Below, piece by piece: positions 25,689-39,464 of a stretch of 64,000 bases of DNA. The stretch's first letter is position 1. Each line of letters opens with the position of its first letter. A program made the position numbers and the translations under genes. The notes under the pieces were generated by a model. That model ran no database searches, had not been told where the DNA came from, and saw only the letters and a program-made list of their open reading frames with translations. This stretch comes from Eledone cirrhosa (Eukaryota): NCBI GenBank assembly GCA_964016885.1, contig OZ024744.1:17050001-17114000 (forward strand). Reading direction: 5' to 3'.

Positions 25689-27734
25689 CTAATGTATTGG
25701 TACTCGATGGGGCCCACCCACAGCCCCGGCGGACAGAATGGAGAAGGCGTTTCCCCGGAGGATGGCAAGGGAGACGCGCTGGAAAAGCCACTCCAACTCG
25801 CGGGGCTCACACCTGCGGCTGGCCAGCTCAGCGCCTATGGTGGTGAGTATGGAGGTAGCTCTGGGGCCAAGGACACCAGAAGTTTCCACTTCCAGGGGAA
25901 CGACCGCAAACCTGTCGGAGAGCGACCGGTATTTGAGGAGTTTGGCCCCCTCAGCCCGACGTGCAGCAGAACCTGGGTCAGTCGCAGACTGCACCAGGTT
26001 GCGGCTGCAGAAAGTGTCGGTGCAAGTGGCATCCCAGACGAGGGGTTTACCACCGCGGAACGGGGAGATGGTCAGGCCATCTGGCCTTTTGCCGCCCCAC
26101 CCGTTCGAGCTGGGAAGGGAAGCCTGCAGCGTCCAAGCCATGCTTAATGACCTCGTTGAGGGAAGCATGGCGGGGAATGCGGACGGCACTGTGGCGACAG
26201 GAAAGCGGGTGGAGGCCGAAAGAGTCCACGGTGGAACCGCAGCGACATTGGTGTGGCTGGCAGATCCGGAGGTCGAGACTCAGAGAAACGCTGATTCGCA
26301 GGCTATGGTTGTCTAGCTGCGCGCCAGTAGAGAAGGAGGGCAGAGCATGGAGCCAGGTACTACTGTGGGGTTTGGAGGCCGCACGAAAACAAGCAAGGCG
26401 GTGCTGGTTGAGCTGGCGCGTGAGCCTGTCTGAGGCCAGACTGCACTGGGTGGCATCCCAAGTGCGTTGGGGGGGGACTTGACGTCAACAGGGGAAGAAG
26501 GAGGAGGGACGTCTACTGGGCTAAGTCCCAGCCGGTCCCACGTCTCACAGGCGATATCACGTTCTCTGAAAACAGAGGGTTCTGTTGTGTTTTGAAGAAC
26601 CGTGCTGGGTGTAGTATGGAGCGCTGCGGAGTGTATAGAGGAGCTTCGGCATGGCGAAGCAGTTCCTCAGCAGAAAGAGAGCTGGATGGCGGTCAATCAA
26701 GCCCAGTCGGCTCGTGAGAGTCTGGAGCTGTTGAAGCCTCGATCTGATGGTAGAGCGGATGGCCGGCTGGTGGATCGGTGACCCGAGGATGAGGACATCT
26801 TCTTTGGAGTTCACCTGAAACTGGCGGAGAATGGACCGCACGTCCAAGACGGAGGCTGCAAAGATCGCAGCATCGAGGCTGACATTCACCACCTCCGACT
26901 TAGCCGAGTTGACCTGGAGGCCGATTCCCGCTAGGGCAGGAATCACCGATTGAAGGTCTTGGCAGACCATCCGTACGGGCCCCGCCCAACGTAGCATCAT
27001 TCAGATACCAAACGTTGAGAGGGGCCGAGATATTCCGGGCGATGTTGTCAATACCAAGGGCGAACAGGAGGGGTCCCAAAGGGTCGCCCTGTTGGACCCC
27101 AGTAGCCGAGTGTATGACCGTATCAGCAGCTAGGAGCATGCTCGGGGCTCCATATGACAGGTAGGCCAGCGGGTAGGCAGAGGGGGCTCGGCTGAGGCAG
27201 GCCTCGAGCAGATGATCCCGGCGTAAAGAGTTAAAGGCATTCCTCATGTCACGCTTGACAATGAGGTGCCTGAAGTCCCTGGATGCCGGTACCGATGGGC
27301 AGCTGTGGAAGAACTGCCTGATTGCATCAGCGGCGCCCTCACAGCCACCGGACACGCCGACACCCAGTTGCACCGGACTAAACTCCTCACCCAGTTCGTG
27401 TGTGACGGACTTGCAGATGACCTTGCCCACAGCAATGAGGCGTATGCCACCCTCTTTCTTCCTGAGAGCGGTGAGGCTGGTCGAAAAAAAGAGGCCTCGG
27501 GCGTAAGGGTCGAGGTCACCATGAATGAGCCTATTGGTGAGCGCCACAATTGCACTCAGAAGGCGGCGCCCAACCTCAGCGGAGAGGGAGGATGTCAACT
27601 CCTTGAGGTGGTCTTGTCGGAGACCATCAAGACCTCCGCAGCTGCTAGCTTGGAAGGACCTGATGGCGGACATGATATCTGCATCAGTAGCCACAAGGAG
27701 CAAGTGGGGGTCGGGTGGGGGTATGGGTCTGAGA

Positions 27735-27735
<1 letters not shown>
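25689..27735 (-). mobile_element. CRE-clade RLE LINE, 5'-truncated, frameshifted
   Basis: RT: GVQQGDPLGPLLFAL, WYLNDATL (26900..27703). RLE: GKRPDGLTISPFRGGKPLVWDATCTDT, PLEVETSG (25689..26189). Confidence 0.9.
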
Positions 27736-29315
<1,580 letters not shown>

Positions 29316-29339
29316 GCATATATATATATATATATATAA

Positions 29340-29754
29340 ATATATGCATGCTACTGTACGTCTGTATACATATATGTATGTACGTATACATACATACTTA
29401 TATTTAAGTAAGTGCCGTACTAAGAGTGAGAAATGAAATTTCGTTTCATTTAATTACAACTTATCGTTTTCGGTACGCCTGGCGACTGAACTCACTCGAT
29501 ATGCAAATTAGGCTGCTCAGCCGTTAATTTTCATAAGGAAAGTATATAATTTCGAACGTTCAACAATCTGGCAGAAGGGTATACGGTGCTGATGATAGTT
29601 AAGAAGCTTGAAACTAGTACATCGTTCCTGTGTCAGTGTTGAACAAAAAGGTGACGTGGTTGCCTTAAGACCGTACGGCATAAATCAGGCGACAAAGCGA
29701 ATGTTATAATAAACGTCCGCTAAACTGATACGTACATATATATATGTGTACCTG

Positions 29755-29850
<96 letters not shown>

Positions 29851-29966
29851 TGCTACTGTACGTCTGTATACATATATATATGTACGTATACATACATACT
29901 TACATTTAAGTTTAGTGCCGTACTAAGAGTGAGAAATGAAATTTCGTTTCATTTAATTACAACTTA
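29340..29966 (+). repeat. Retrozyme-like repeat, array 2
   Basis: Same unit as 27735-28385. Confidence 0.8.
29583..29625 (+). ncRNA. Type I hammerhead, intact core
   Basis: acggtg-CTGATGA-tagttaagaagctt-GAAAC-ta-GTA-catcgt. Confidence 0.8.
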
Positions 29967-30249
29967 TTTATATATATTAACATATAGATAGATAGATAGA
30001 TTGGGAGATAGATAGATTTCTTTATTTGCCACAAGGGCGCACAAGAAAAGGGGACAATACAAAGACATGCCGGGGATTTTACATACAGTCGTGTAAAAAT
30101 ATAAAACAAACAATACAACAATCGAAATCCCCAATAGGGGGAAGCTCCACAAGTGGGTTGTATAAAACCCCGTCGATAGAACAACCTCAACTTCAGGAGC
30201 GTGTTGTGCAAGTGCTCCTTTCTTCCTTTTGCTCGGTTCTTTAACCTAC

Positions 30250-33200
30250 AGGTTTATATACAGAGAAGGCCCAATCACTCGGGCCATTTTCGCTTCATTC
30301 ACCCACATGTCAGTAAATTTACTGGCGTGCAGTGCCTCTCTCTCCACTCTGATTCTCCTTCTAAAGTGATACTTAAAGAAGGGAATGAGTTGTTGTCCGG
30401 AGTGAAATGCATATGTCCTCAGTCCTGTCAATCTCGTCCACCATACAACTTATTTCACCATAGCCGCTGTACAGAGGAAAACCGCCTCTCTCTCATTTTT
30501 GAAAGAGGCTGGCGGTTTGATCCTTACTATGGACTCGGCAGTCAACTGGATTTGTCCCATACGCGACAGCAGTTCTGCATAGTTCCACAGGTCGGTTACG
30601 CCCGGGCAGTGTACAATTGCGTGCAGGACTGTTTCAATGTCCTGCGCGCATCTTGGACACGTCCTCTCGGAAGGATCCTTGCCGAGCCGTCCGTGCCTGT
30701 AGATCTTGTCACGAACCGGTAGAGCTTCTCGGTAGCACTGCCAGGCCAGGGACCTCTGGAAGTTGTCCATAGGTCCCGGGCAGAAAGTCCTACCAAACAG
30801 ACTGGTGAGCTCATCGTCTTCGACGCCCAGAGTCTCTCCGAGCACGTCGTCGCCCTTGTAACCTACAATCCTCTATAGAATATCGAAGTGGAGTCTCCGC
30901 TGATTGCTGCGCCCACTTGCCAGGCGCCCATCGTTTTCGGTCTTTTCTTCACCCATGACTGCAGCTCTGTCAGCGAGACGAGCTGTGGGAAGGCCTGTCT
31001 CACAAACGGTGTCCACACTGGTTGGGGGTCGATGAGGAATAGCTGGAGATGCCGCAACCTTAGCGCATGTTTGCACATCATCAGTCACGACATTCCCAGG
31101 TGCTGGAAGGGTGCTGACAACAGATGGATCTCCTCACCAGCGGACCCTGCTTCTTCCACAGAAACTGGAAGAGCATGCGTTCTATCTTGGCGAGGTGTTC
31201 ACGGGGACAAGGCACGACAGTCAAGCGGTAGTAGATGAAGGACGCTATGAAAGTGTTCGCCACCTCCGCTCGACCTTTCAAGGACAGTTTGCACTCTGCC
31301 CACTTCTGGGTAAGCGCAAACTCCTTAGCCGTGATCTCGTTCCAGTTTTTCTCCACCTTGAGGTCTGGACCGAACCAGACCCCGAGCAATTTCACCGGTC
31401 CGTCCAGCGTCCAACGACGCTGTTGGACGTCATCGGTTTGCCTCTCCACGTACCGAGTTGCAAACCGACAGACTTGTCCGGGTTTAGTTTTGCTCCCGTC
31501 AGCGTTTCGTATTATTTCAGTAAGTTGCCGATCACCCCGATTTCCGAGGTGCTCGACACCATTACCGTCATGTCGTCGGCATAAGCCGACGCCGCTTTAC
31601 GCAGTCCCGGTTCTAGAGGGATGCCCTGCAACAGCTCCAATTTCGTCAGTAGTGGCTATAGAGTCAATACATACAGAATAGAGGAGAGAGGGCACCCCTG
31701 TCGAATGGAACGGGTGATTGCGAACGGTTCCGATAGGTAGCCGTTCACCTTGACGCTCGACAGGATGCTGGTGTGCATCGCTTCGATCCAGTCGCTGAAA
31801 ACGGGACCAAAATCGGCCGCCTTGAGAACCGCTTCCAAGTATCGATGGTCGACCCTATCGAATGCCTTAGACTGCAACAAATTGATCAACGCTCCACCGA
31901 AGCCGGGTTTACTATGATGTATCGCATGAGGTGGAGGTTTTCGTGTATGGTCTGGTCGGGATTGCACACGTTTGCGCTTTCCCTACCAGGTTCTCGACGA
32001 CGAGCGCGAACCCCGTTGCTAAAACCTGGGCCAAAATCTTTAACTCTGTTTTGAGCAGAGTTATGGGCCTGAAGTTGTTAATTTCGTCCCCCTTGTTCTC
32101 ATCTTTCCTGATCAGCGTTACTACGCCCTTGCCTGCAGAACTGGGAATTCTCCCGTTCTGCTGCCAATTACAGTAGACGGCTTCGAGGACGTCAGAGAAC
32201 AAGTCCGACATGCCTATGTAAAACTCATAAAATAGACCATCTAGACTGGGTGACTTGCGTTTTCCCGCAGCGGCCCAGAGCGTCCCGTATCTCAGTGTTC
32301 GTGATCGGTCTTTCGCAGAACTCGGCGTCCGTGTTCGAAAGACGCGGCAGCCCGTCGAGGTATGAACTAAAGTCCATTGCCCCGTTCGACTCACCGTTGT
32401 TCTGCTCAAACTCTCGCGCAAAGTGCTGCTGAAAGGCCGCGCACTTTTGCTTGGGACCAAGTAGCACGCGTGCGTTTTGATCTTTCAAAGACTGAATCGT
32501 GGACTTGTTGCCACTTTTTGCCTCCGCCACTCGGGCCCAGCTGACCATTTTCGCGCATTCGTTTCCTAGAGCACGTGTTTTGCTTCTGACCACACAGCCT
32601 TCGTGTTTCGCATCGAAGAACTGGTCGAGTGCCGTTCTCGACGCTAACACTCTAGCCGCGTTTCCACTTCTAAGAGTCTCCTCTACCTTGGCTACTAGTT
32701 CTCTTTCTATTTTGTTTTTATCTAAGGCTAACTCTCTGCTAAACGCTATCGATTCTATTCTAATTGCTTTCTTGAGAGAGTATCACCATCTATTGTTGAC
32801 GATGGCTCCTGTTAACTGTTGCTTGACTAGTCTGCTTATCCGTTCACTGTAAGCTTTACGTGCCGGCAACGACACGTTCAGCTTCCAGTATCCGGGTCCC
32901 TGTCTATGTGTTCTATCACGGTTGACTAAGCAGACGACTAATTTGTGATCTGAATAGGCAAACATGTGCATTCGTGGACAGCTTAACATCTCCTTGTCCC
33001 TTTCTCTAATGAAGAACCTATCTAAATACGATCTAGATGTCCCTCTGCGGTTTGCCCACGCCACTGTGGTGCAGTCGGGAAAACCAGTCGATACCTATCG
33101 GCCAGTTGGAATTGGCCGATTAAAGTTTTGAGGCGGTTTCACCCCCCTCTACTGGGACATGTTCCCACATAGTCCCATCGTGCATCTAGGATAGCATTCC

Positions 33201-33626
33201 AGTCCCTCACTAAAAGTAAGGAACGAGACGTTCCCAGAAAAGACTCTAGACGCTTAAAGAAGTCTGGCCGTGATTGCGATTGCCCGGTCGGGGTATAAAC
33301 GGCCACCAGTCTGAAGGCTCCACCTCCAATACTGTTCACGTCTAGGACTACCAGTCTACCCTCCGGGTCCATGTGTACTTCGACGTCCAGGTTCTTCCGA
33401 AACATGACAGCCCCCCCCCCCCCCATCCACCTCCTGGCTGACAGAGAGATGCGTAGATCTCAAAGTCGTCGAAGATGGGGGTTAGTTGTTGCCTGTTGTG
33501 GATCCTGGACTCGGTGATGGGTATCACATCCATACCGTGTGACCTAACATCGTTTAAAAGTTGGCCCTGTTTCCAGGGCATCTCTAGGCCACGCACATTC
33601 ACGCTTCCAACTCGTAAACTAGCCAT
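30250..33626 (-). pseudogene. LINE ORF2 (APE-RT), multiple frameshifts
   Basis: Colinear ORF fragments from 33348..33668 down to 30246..30431. Confidence 0.9.
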
Positions 33627-33668
33627 GTTGGTGAAGAAGAGTTGGAGAAAAATGACTAAAAGGTGCAC

Positions 33669-35441
33669 TTACCTTTTCGTTTCCTGGAGATCGAGCTGTT
33701 CAATCTCCATTTGGGTGCTGGATGGGGTGTTGGGTGGGGTGGGGAAACATTTTAACAGGACGCGGTTGATGGGTTTCTGGAAGGGGTTGCCCACGTCATG
33801 TGAACATTTATTTTTTAGGTCACTATAGGTTTCCATAGAAACCCTTATAAGTTTAAGGTGGGGAGACGATTCTGCCTTGACGAAATTTTTGCCCTCTGTC
33901 TCCACCTTGGGGTTTTAGGAATTGACCTCCATCAGACTCTTGTTGTTTGTGTTAATGCATGCGTATTGTTGTTTGTATTTTTTTTGTGTTGTTTTAGTTT
34001 GTTGTTCGTCTGGGAGTTTTCTTTTTATGGTGGGTGCTTGTGTTTGGGGTGGTGTTGGTGTTGGTTTTGCTGATAGGGGGATGTTTGAGTGTGGTGTTGT
34101 TAATGTTGTTGTTTGTGTCTGTGGTTGTGTGTTGGTGTTGGTGATTGGAGTTTGGAGGTTTTGTGGTGTCTCTTTTTTTTTTGATTTCCAAGGCTCTCCC
34201 TCTTCACTTAAAGAAGAAGCAGCCTCATCTGTCGTTGAATAATCATCGTCAGGAGTGTGGGGTAGGGGTATGTTGAGTGGTGGTGGTGTTTCTGTGTGTG
34301 TATTTGTGGTAGTGTTTGATGGAATGGGATGAGGTGGGGCTGTTCTCTTCAGGGGTGTTGTCTGTGTTTTTTCTGTTGTTATTGGTTGAGTGGCTGTTTG
34401 TTTTGATGTGTTTGCTCGTTTCGTCTGTTGTTTTACTTGTGGTGGTGGTTGCTTTGGTGTTGGTAATAGAGTTTTTTTAATGATCTTGTTGTGGTGTGTT
34501 TGTGAAGGACAGGAGGATTTCAGGTGTGCTGTGCTACCACAGCGAAAGCAATGAAATTTACGCCCTTCTACCAAAAGGTTTATACTGTTATTGTCGTCGA
34601 AGACGAATTTTTTCGGGTATTTTGGAGATTCTCTCCGGCCTAATTTGCATCAGAATCTCCAAATCAGTACCCGCCCACCTTTGTCTAATAGACTTTCGTA
34701 TCGAAAGAATCATATCTGTCTCTGGCTCTACGAAGCCAGCCAAGATCCACCAGATGTTAATGTTTGGTGGTATATTTTTTATTCTTATTTTTTGTGTCCT
34801 TTTTCCCATGTATGTAGGGAAAAAGGTGAATGCTCTTGACACCATTGGTGTTACAGAATGTTTTTGGGCGAGTGTTTCGCTTTTAAACAGTACGGAAACA
34901 CTTCCGTACTGTTTTCCTTGCTGGAGAAAGTCAATATTTGCTAGAATTTCCTTCAAGGTAGCTTCTATATCTCCTTGACTAACAAATATCGGCTTTCTCG
35001 ACTGTCTCTGCTTTTATTTCGAGGGGTGAGTTCATTCTAAACCCACCCTTGTCTTCGAAAGTTAAAAATGTTCTCCCTTGCTGGAGCATTTCTCTTGCAT
35101 TGGAGATGTCAAGATTTATAAAATCTTGTTTTTTGTTCACTGTTTCAGCGAAATACATTTTTCTTTTTGTGTGGTTTTGCTGTTGTTGTTGTCGTTGTTA
35201 TCGTTGTTAGCCTCGGTGTTGGAAATCTCAATTCCTTGACGAGGTCAAACTTTATGTGTAGATGTATCTGTGGAATTGTTGATGTTGTCTTTTTCATGTG
35301 AATGTATGTTAATAAGTTTAATTCCTGTGTTTTCATGTGAGTTATTGTTATTTTCTCCGCTTCGACGGTAGAAATTTTAAAATCTTCAAGTGGTAATATT
35401 TGTTTCTCTTTGTTGACAGTCGTATCTATGGCGACGTCCAT
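33669..35441 (-). pseudogene. LINE ORF1 (zinc knuckle), disrupted
   Basis: Fragments 35145..35441, 34588..34956, 33915..34574, 33669..33905; similar to ORF 1028..1591. Confidence 0.8.
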
Positions 35442-36037
35442 ACAAGCAGAAGCAGATAGAACAACGATATCTGCCTCTTTCTCTCTCTTTTCTTTGTCGA
35501 CGTTCTCCAGCGTTCTTTTCGAGTTATTCCTGTTTTATAGTTGGCACAATTTGATTTTTTAAAACAACTTTTAAATTAAATTTTCGCCCCCAGAGGGGGC
35601 GAAAAATGGAATTACCACCCAGCTGACAATTCAACTTGGGGGTGAATCTACAAAATGATATGTTTTTTCAAACAATTTGTTCTGTTTTTCGTATACAAAT
35701 TTACAAAAAGTCTTACCTGCGATGTTCCACGCGTCAGGCAGATAAAGAGATAGATAGATACACAAACACACATACATAGTGATATTATCCTAAACGGACG
35801 GTAGTCCGTTTAGTAATATTGTTGTGGTCGTGTTTTCGTTGGCAATCGTCTGTTTACGACAGTACAGCGCGGCTCTACTTTATTTAACTGAGATAAAACT
35901 TATATGAGCATGAACAGTAGATCATTACGCATCTTTTGGCTTAAAAATCTAGAAATTTGGTCCAGCGGGAAAAAGTTTATAATCAAAGTTTGCTGATAAA
36001 TCTTGTGTTCAAGTGAGTGAGTAGTAAGCGCGACGCT

Positions 36038-36167
36038 GGGGGAGGTAATCCATAAATGACGAATTTTTTTCGGCGGAACTCTTGTGATTGTGATTACGTT
36101 AGTCAAATGTAGTCAAATCGCCGAATCCCCTCCTCCTAATTGACTACGTCATTTCTGAACGGCCCTA
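36038..36167. mobile_element. Possible small MITE remnant
   Basis: Imperfect TIRs GG..TCCATAAATGACG / CGTCATTTCTGAACGGCCC. Confidence 0.35.
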
Positions 36168-36720
36168 CTTGCGTCAGTGTGAAACATTACTTCACTTTTC
36201 ACTGCTAAAATGCTTTTTAAATACTTCGTTAAAAATTTATGTTTATTATCAAAGCTATTTTGTGTACCAATCTATCAATAGTTTGCGAAAATATAGGTAA
36301 ACATGTGAGTTATATTTTTTTTAATCGCATCGATCGCTTTGTCGCACCGACTGCGACACTGTCTGGCTGTCTGTCTGACTGACACCTATGTCGGACCGAC
36401 ACCTTTGTTCAAGCGGACAACTTTGTGTCACTGACACCTTTGTTCGTCCCGGCATCTCTGCGAAACACCGATGACAACAACCAGACCAAAATTTCACTTC
36501 ATTCTTCATTCTTCTTCAAGACCGATCGCCGACTGATCGTATCGGTTGCTCTTCATATACCAGGTATTCAACAGATAGTTTGCACTTCTAGTATTATTAA
36601 CAGTCGTGCGATTTTTTGTACCGATAGGTGCGAATAGTGCGCTATATTTTTGTACCGATAGGTGCGAATAGTGTACAATATTTTCTGAGATTTGCATCCA
36701 CTAATTTCGCATAATTAAAA

Positions 36721-37516
36721 ATGATGTTTCGCGGCTTTTTGATCGGCTTATTCATTTTTTCCATGGCACGGAAATGGAGTATTTCCATTTCGAATCAAAA
36801 CTTTTCACTAAAATCAGGCAATTGGACTGATCAAATTCACATTCATGCCAGTTTTTACAAATCCATAATTAGAAATGTGGCGAAATCGAATGACCAGAAG
36901 GTATAAAAATATTAATTCAAATGTATTTACTTATCATACCAACAAAAATACTTAGATATTTTGTATACCTGGGGCCCGTCAGGGCCAGGTAATGTTAATC
37001 GCCAACATTGTTATCTGTTGTTCTTTTGTGAAAGTATTGGTGGTTCATGTCGGCTCTAATGATCTGAATCCTCGTCGCACCGTTGGCACTACAAAGCTGT
37101 GCAAAGTAATACAATAATTTTTGCCCAAGTATTTTTTAATAATCATTTATTTGTAAATTAAGGTCAAAGTGCCCATTCGAGGCACAAAACTGGAAAAACA
37201 GGGGAAGAGTCTCTTTGCAAGGCTACAGAAAATAGCGGAAAAGCACCACTGTACACCCATTTTCTACAGTGGTGTCATTCCACGTCCACAAAGTGTAATT
37301 GAAAATAAAAATGACTTGGGCAAGAGAAATTCTTGTTTGGAAAAGTTTAATTACTGCATGAAAGAAATGATTCAAAAATTGAACTTGCCCAATCTTCACA
37401 ACATTGAAAATTGGTCAAAATTTGACAAATCTGACTTCAAACCACATATGATTCATTTGAGCAATGTTGGAAATCTTAAATTGACACAAATTTTTGCCAA
37501 TGTTTTTGCCACCTGA
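36721..37516 (+). CDS. Spliced SGNH/GDSL-fold protein (exons ..36900, 36956-37105, 37163-37516; start uncertain)
   Basis: Two phase-0 GT-AG introns (55 and 57 nt) join KSIIRNV / FCIPGAR / VVHVGSND / YSGVIPR / MIHLSNVG, i.e. SGNH blocks I, II, III and V in order. AATAAA at 37554. Confidence 0.72.
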
Positions 37517-37696
37517 TCCTTGTTCTATGGCTGACTGACTAATTTTGTGATTTAATAAAATGACATCATACTAGTAATGCACAATGGTCATTTTTAAATT
37601 TAAATTTTATTAAATAGTTGTTGCTTGCATTGCCTTAAAATAGTAACAAGAATGTACACATACTTTTTAAAAATACATCATTATCAGTCAAATCAG

Positions 37697-38162
37697 TCAA
37701 ATGTCACTAAAAACCAGGTGGTCGATAACAACTTCTATAAGATTAGTTACATGCTCACACATTGGATCACCTCTCATCAATGGCATTGGGTGTCTGAGAT
37801 AATCGTGGAGATAACTGATGAAGTCACAAATGAAGTGATGGTCTTCCAGTGTGATTAACTCCCTATATCCATTGATATATGTGATGGCTTCCGATTCATA
37901 GGTGCATTTTATGAGGAATTCCATGCATCCGATTTTCAGTGATTCAATGGGCATTTTATCAGAGATGATAAGGTATTTGACCACGTTTTGCTTTGTAAGT
38001 AAATTGGAGAGAATCACTGCAGTCAAAGTCATTTCTGTGCATGGGTTTTTTGCATGTCCATTCTAAAAAGTTAAAATGATAAAGTATTACTACTATATAA
38101 CTTACATCTATTGTTGTAACACCATTGAAATGCACAAGTTTCACCAATTCACTATTATGCAC
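37697..38162 (-). CDS. Small spliced ORF with BTB-C-terminal/BACK-like helices
   Basis: 43-nt intron 38063-38105 (GTAAGT...TTTTTAG) joins two ORFs in frame. LSNLLTKQNVVKYLIISDKMPIESLKIGCMEFL resembles the post-BTB helices of SPOP-type proteins. Confidence 0.42.
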
Positions 38163-38334
38163 TAATCATCTCAAATGCATTCATGATTTACTAGCTTTGT
38201 CATTAAGCCAGTTGCCTCAATTAGATTGCAACTATACTCAAAAGAACTTTAAAATGTCAATCACTTGTCAGTAATTCACTATGATCATTTAATTATTAGA
38301 TAGTTGTTGCTTGCATTGCCTTAAAAAATAGTAG

Positions 38335-39427
38335 ACCAGATAGAAAAATGCGTACAGCAAAAAAAAGTAATATTGTTGGAATATAAACCTTTAAAAATAC
38401 AGGACAAGAAACTAAAATTAAACTTTAAAAGAATAGGACAAGAAACTAAGATAAAACTTTAAAAGAATAGGACAAGAAACTAAGATAAAACTTTAAAGAA
38501 TTGGACAAGAAATAAAAAATTTTACAATAATATTAGTGGCAAATTTTTTTTATTCGTTTCCTGTGCTATGCCCCAGTATCTTCTTGATTAGTGCATAATA
38601 ATCGTCATGCTCTCATTGTGCGTTGCCCCTGAGCGGTTGGTTCTGGTTGGGGTTGGTTGGCTGACCAGTTCTGCTCCGTCAGAATGACCATTGCAAGAAG
38701 AATTGGCCGATGCAGCTGCAGGTCTCCTCCAAGAATGCACTTCTGGTCCCGCAACACCAGACGAAGATGGAGAAGACGACCGGGACAAGATGTCGACTCT
38801 GACCACCGACTACGACCCCTCCCTCAACCACCGGTCCTCCCTCCCTCTATCCCGTCATCCCTCCAGTCCTCCTGCTCCCCCTTCCTGTACCAGAAAGCTG
38901 TGGCACGCATTCATCTGGACTGCCGGACTTGAACTCAAGGACAAGATGCAAGGAGAAGATGGACTGGTTGGTCAAGATCAAGGATGAGCGGGACGACAAG
39001 ACCGTCCGCTGCTGCTCAAGATCTGTGCTCATGGTCCCATAGGTCCATTCACATTATGCATGACACATGAGGCGTGTCGCCGAATGATGAAATAGGGGTA
39101 TGGTTATGGCCCAATTGGTGTTCAAACCAGGATCAAATGATCCCCTCGGTCTGACGACGACCTCTGAATGTGGAACCCAGAGCCTATGAATGTGGAACTC
39201 GATTTTTTACCAATACAAATTTTGCCACTAATATTATTGTAAAATTTGTTATTTCTTGTCCAATTCTTTAAAGTGTTATCTTAGTTTCTTGTCCTATTCT
39301 TTTAAAGTTTTATCTTAGTTTCTTGTCCTATTCTTTAAAAGTTTTATTTTAGTTTCTTGTCCTGTATTTTTAAAGGTTTATATTCCAACAATATTACTTT
39401 TTTTTTGCTTTACGCATTTTTCCATCT

Positions 39428-39430
<3 letters not shown>
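38335..39430. mobile_element. Foldback/MITE-like element with ~215-bp TIRs built of ~32-bp subrepeats
   Basis: 38335-38550 is the reverse complement of 39216-39430; subrepeat AGGACAAGAAACTAAGATAAAACTTTAAAAGAAT; GC-richer core. Confidence 0.75.

Positions 39431-39460
<30 letters not shown>

Positions 39461-39464
<4 letters not shown>

Larger units (their letters stand above)
30015..35740 (-). mobile_element. Near full-length L1/Tx1-clade LINE, degenerate
   Basis: ORF1 with CFRCGSTAHLKSSC; ORF2 from ATG 33626 with APE (YLDRF, SDHK, PGYWKLN), RT (NFRPITLL, KAFDRVDH, IRQGCPLS, AYADD) and C-terminal CPRC...H..C; AATAAA at the 3' end. Confidence 0.93.
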
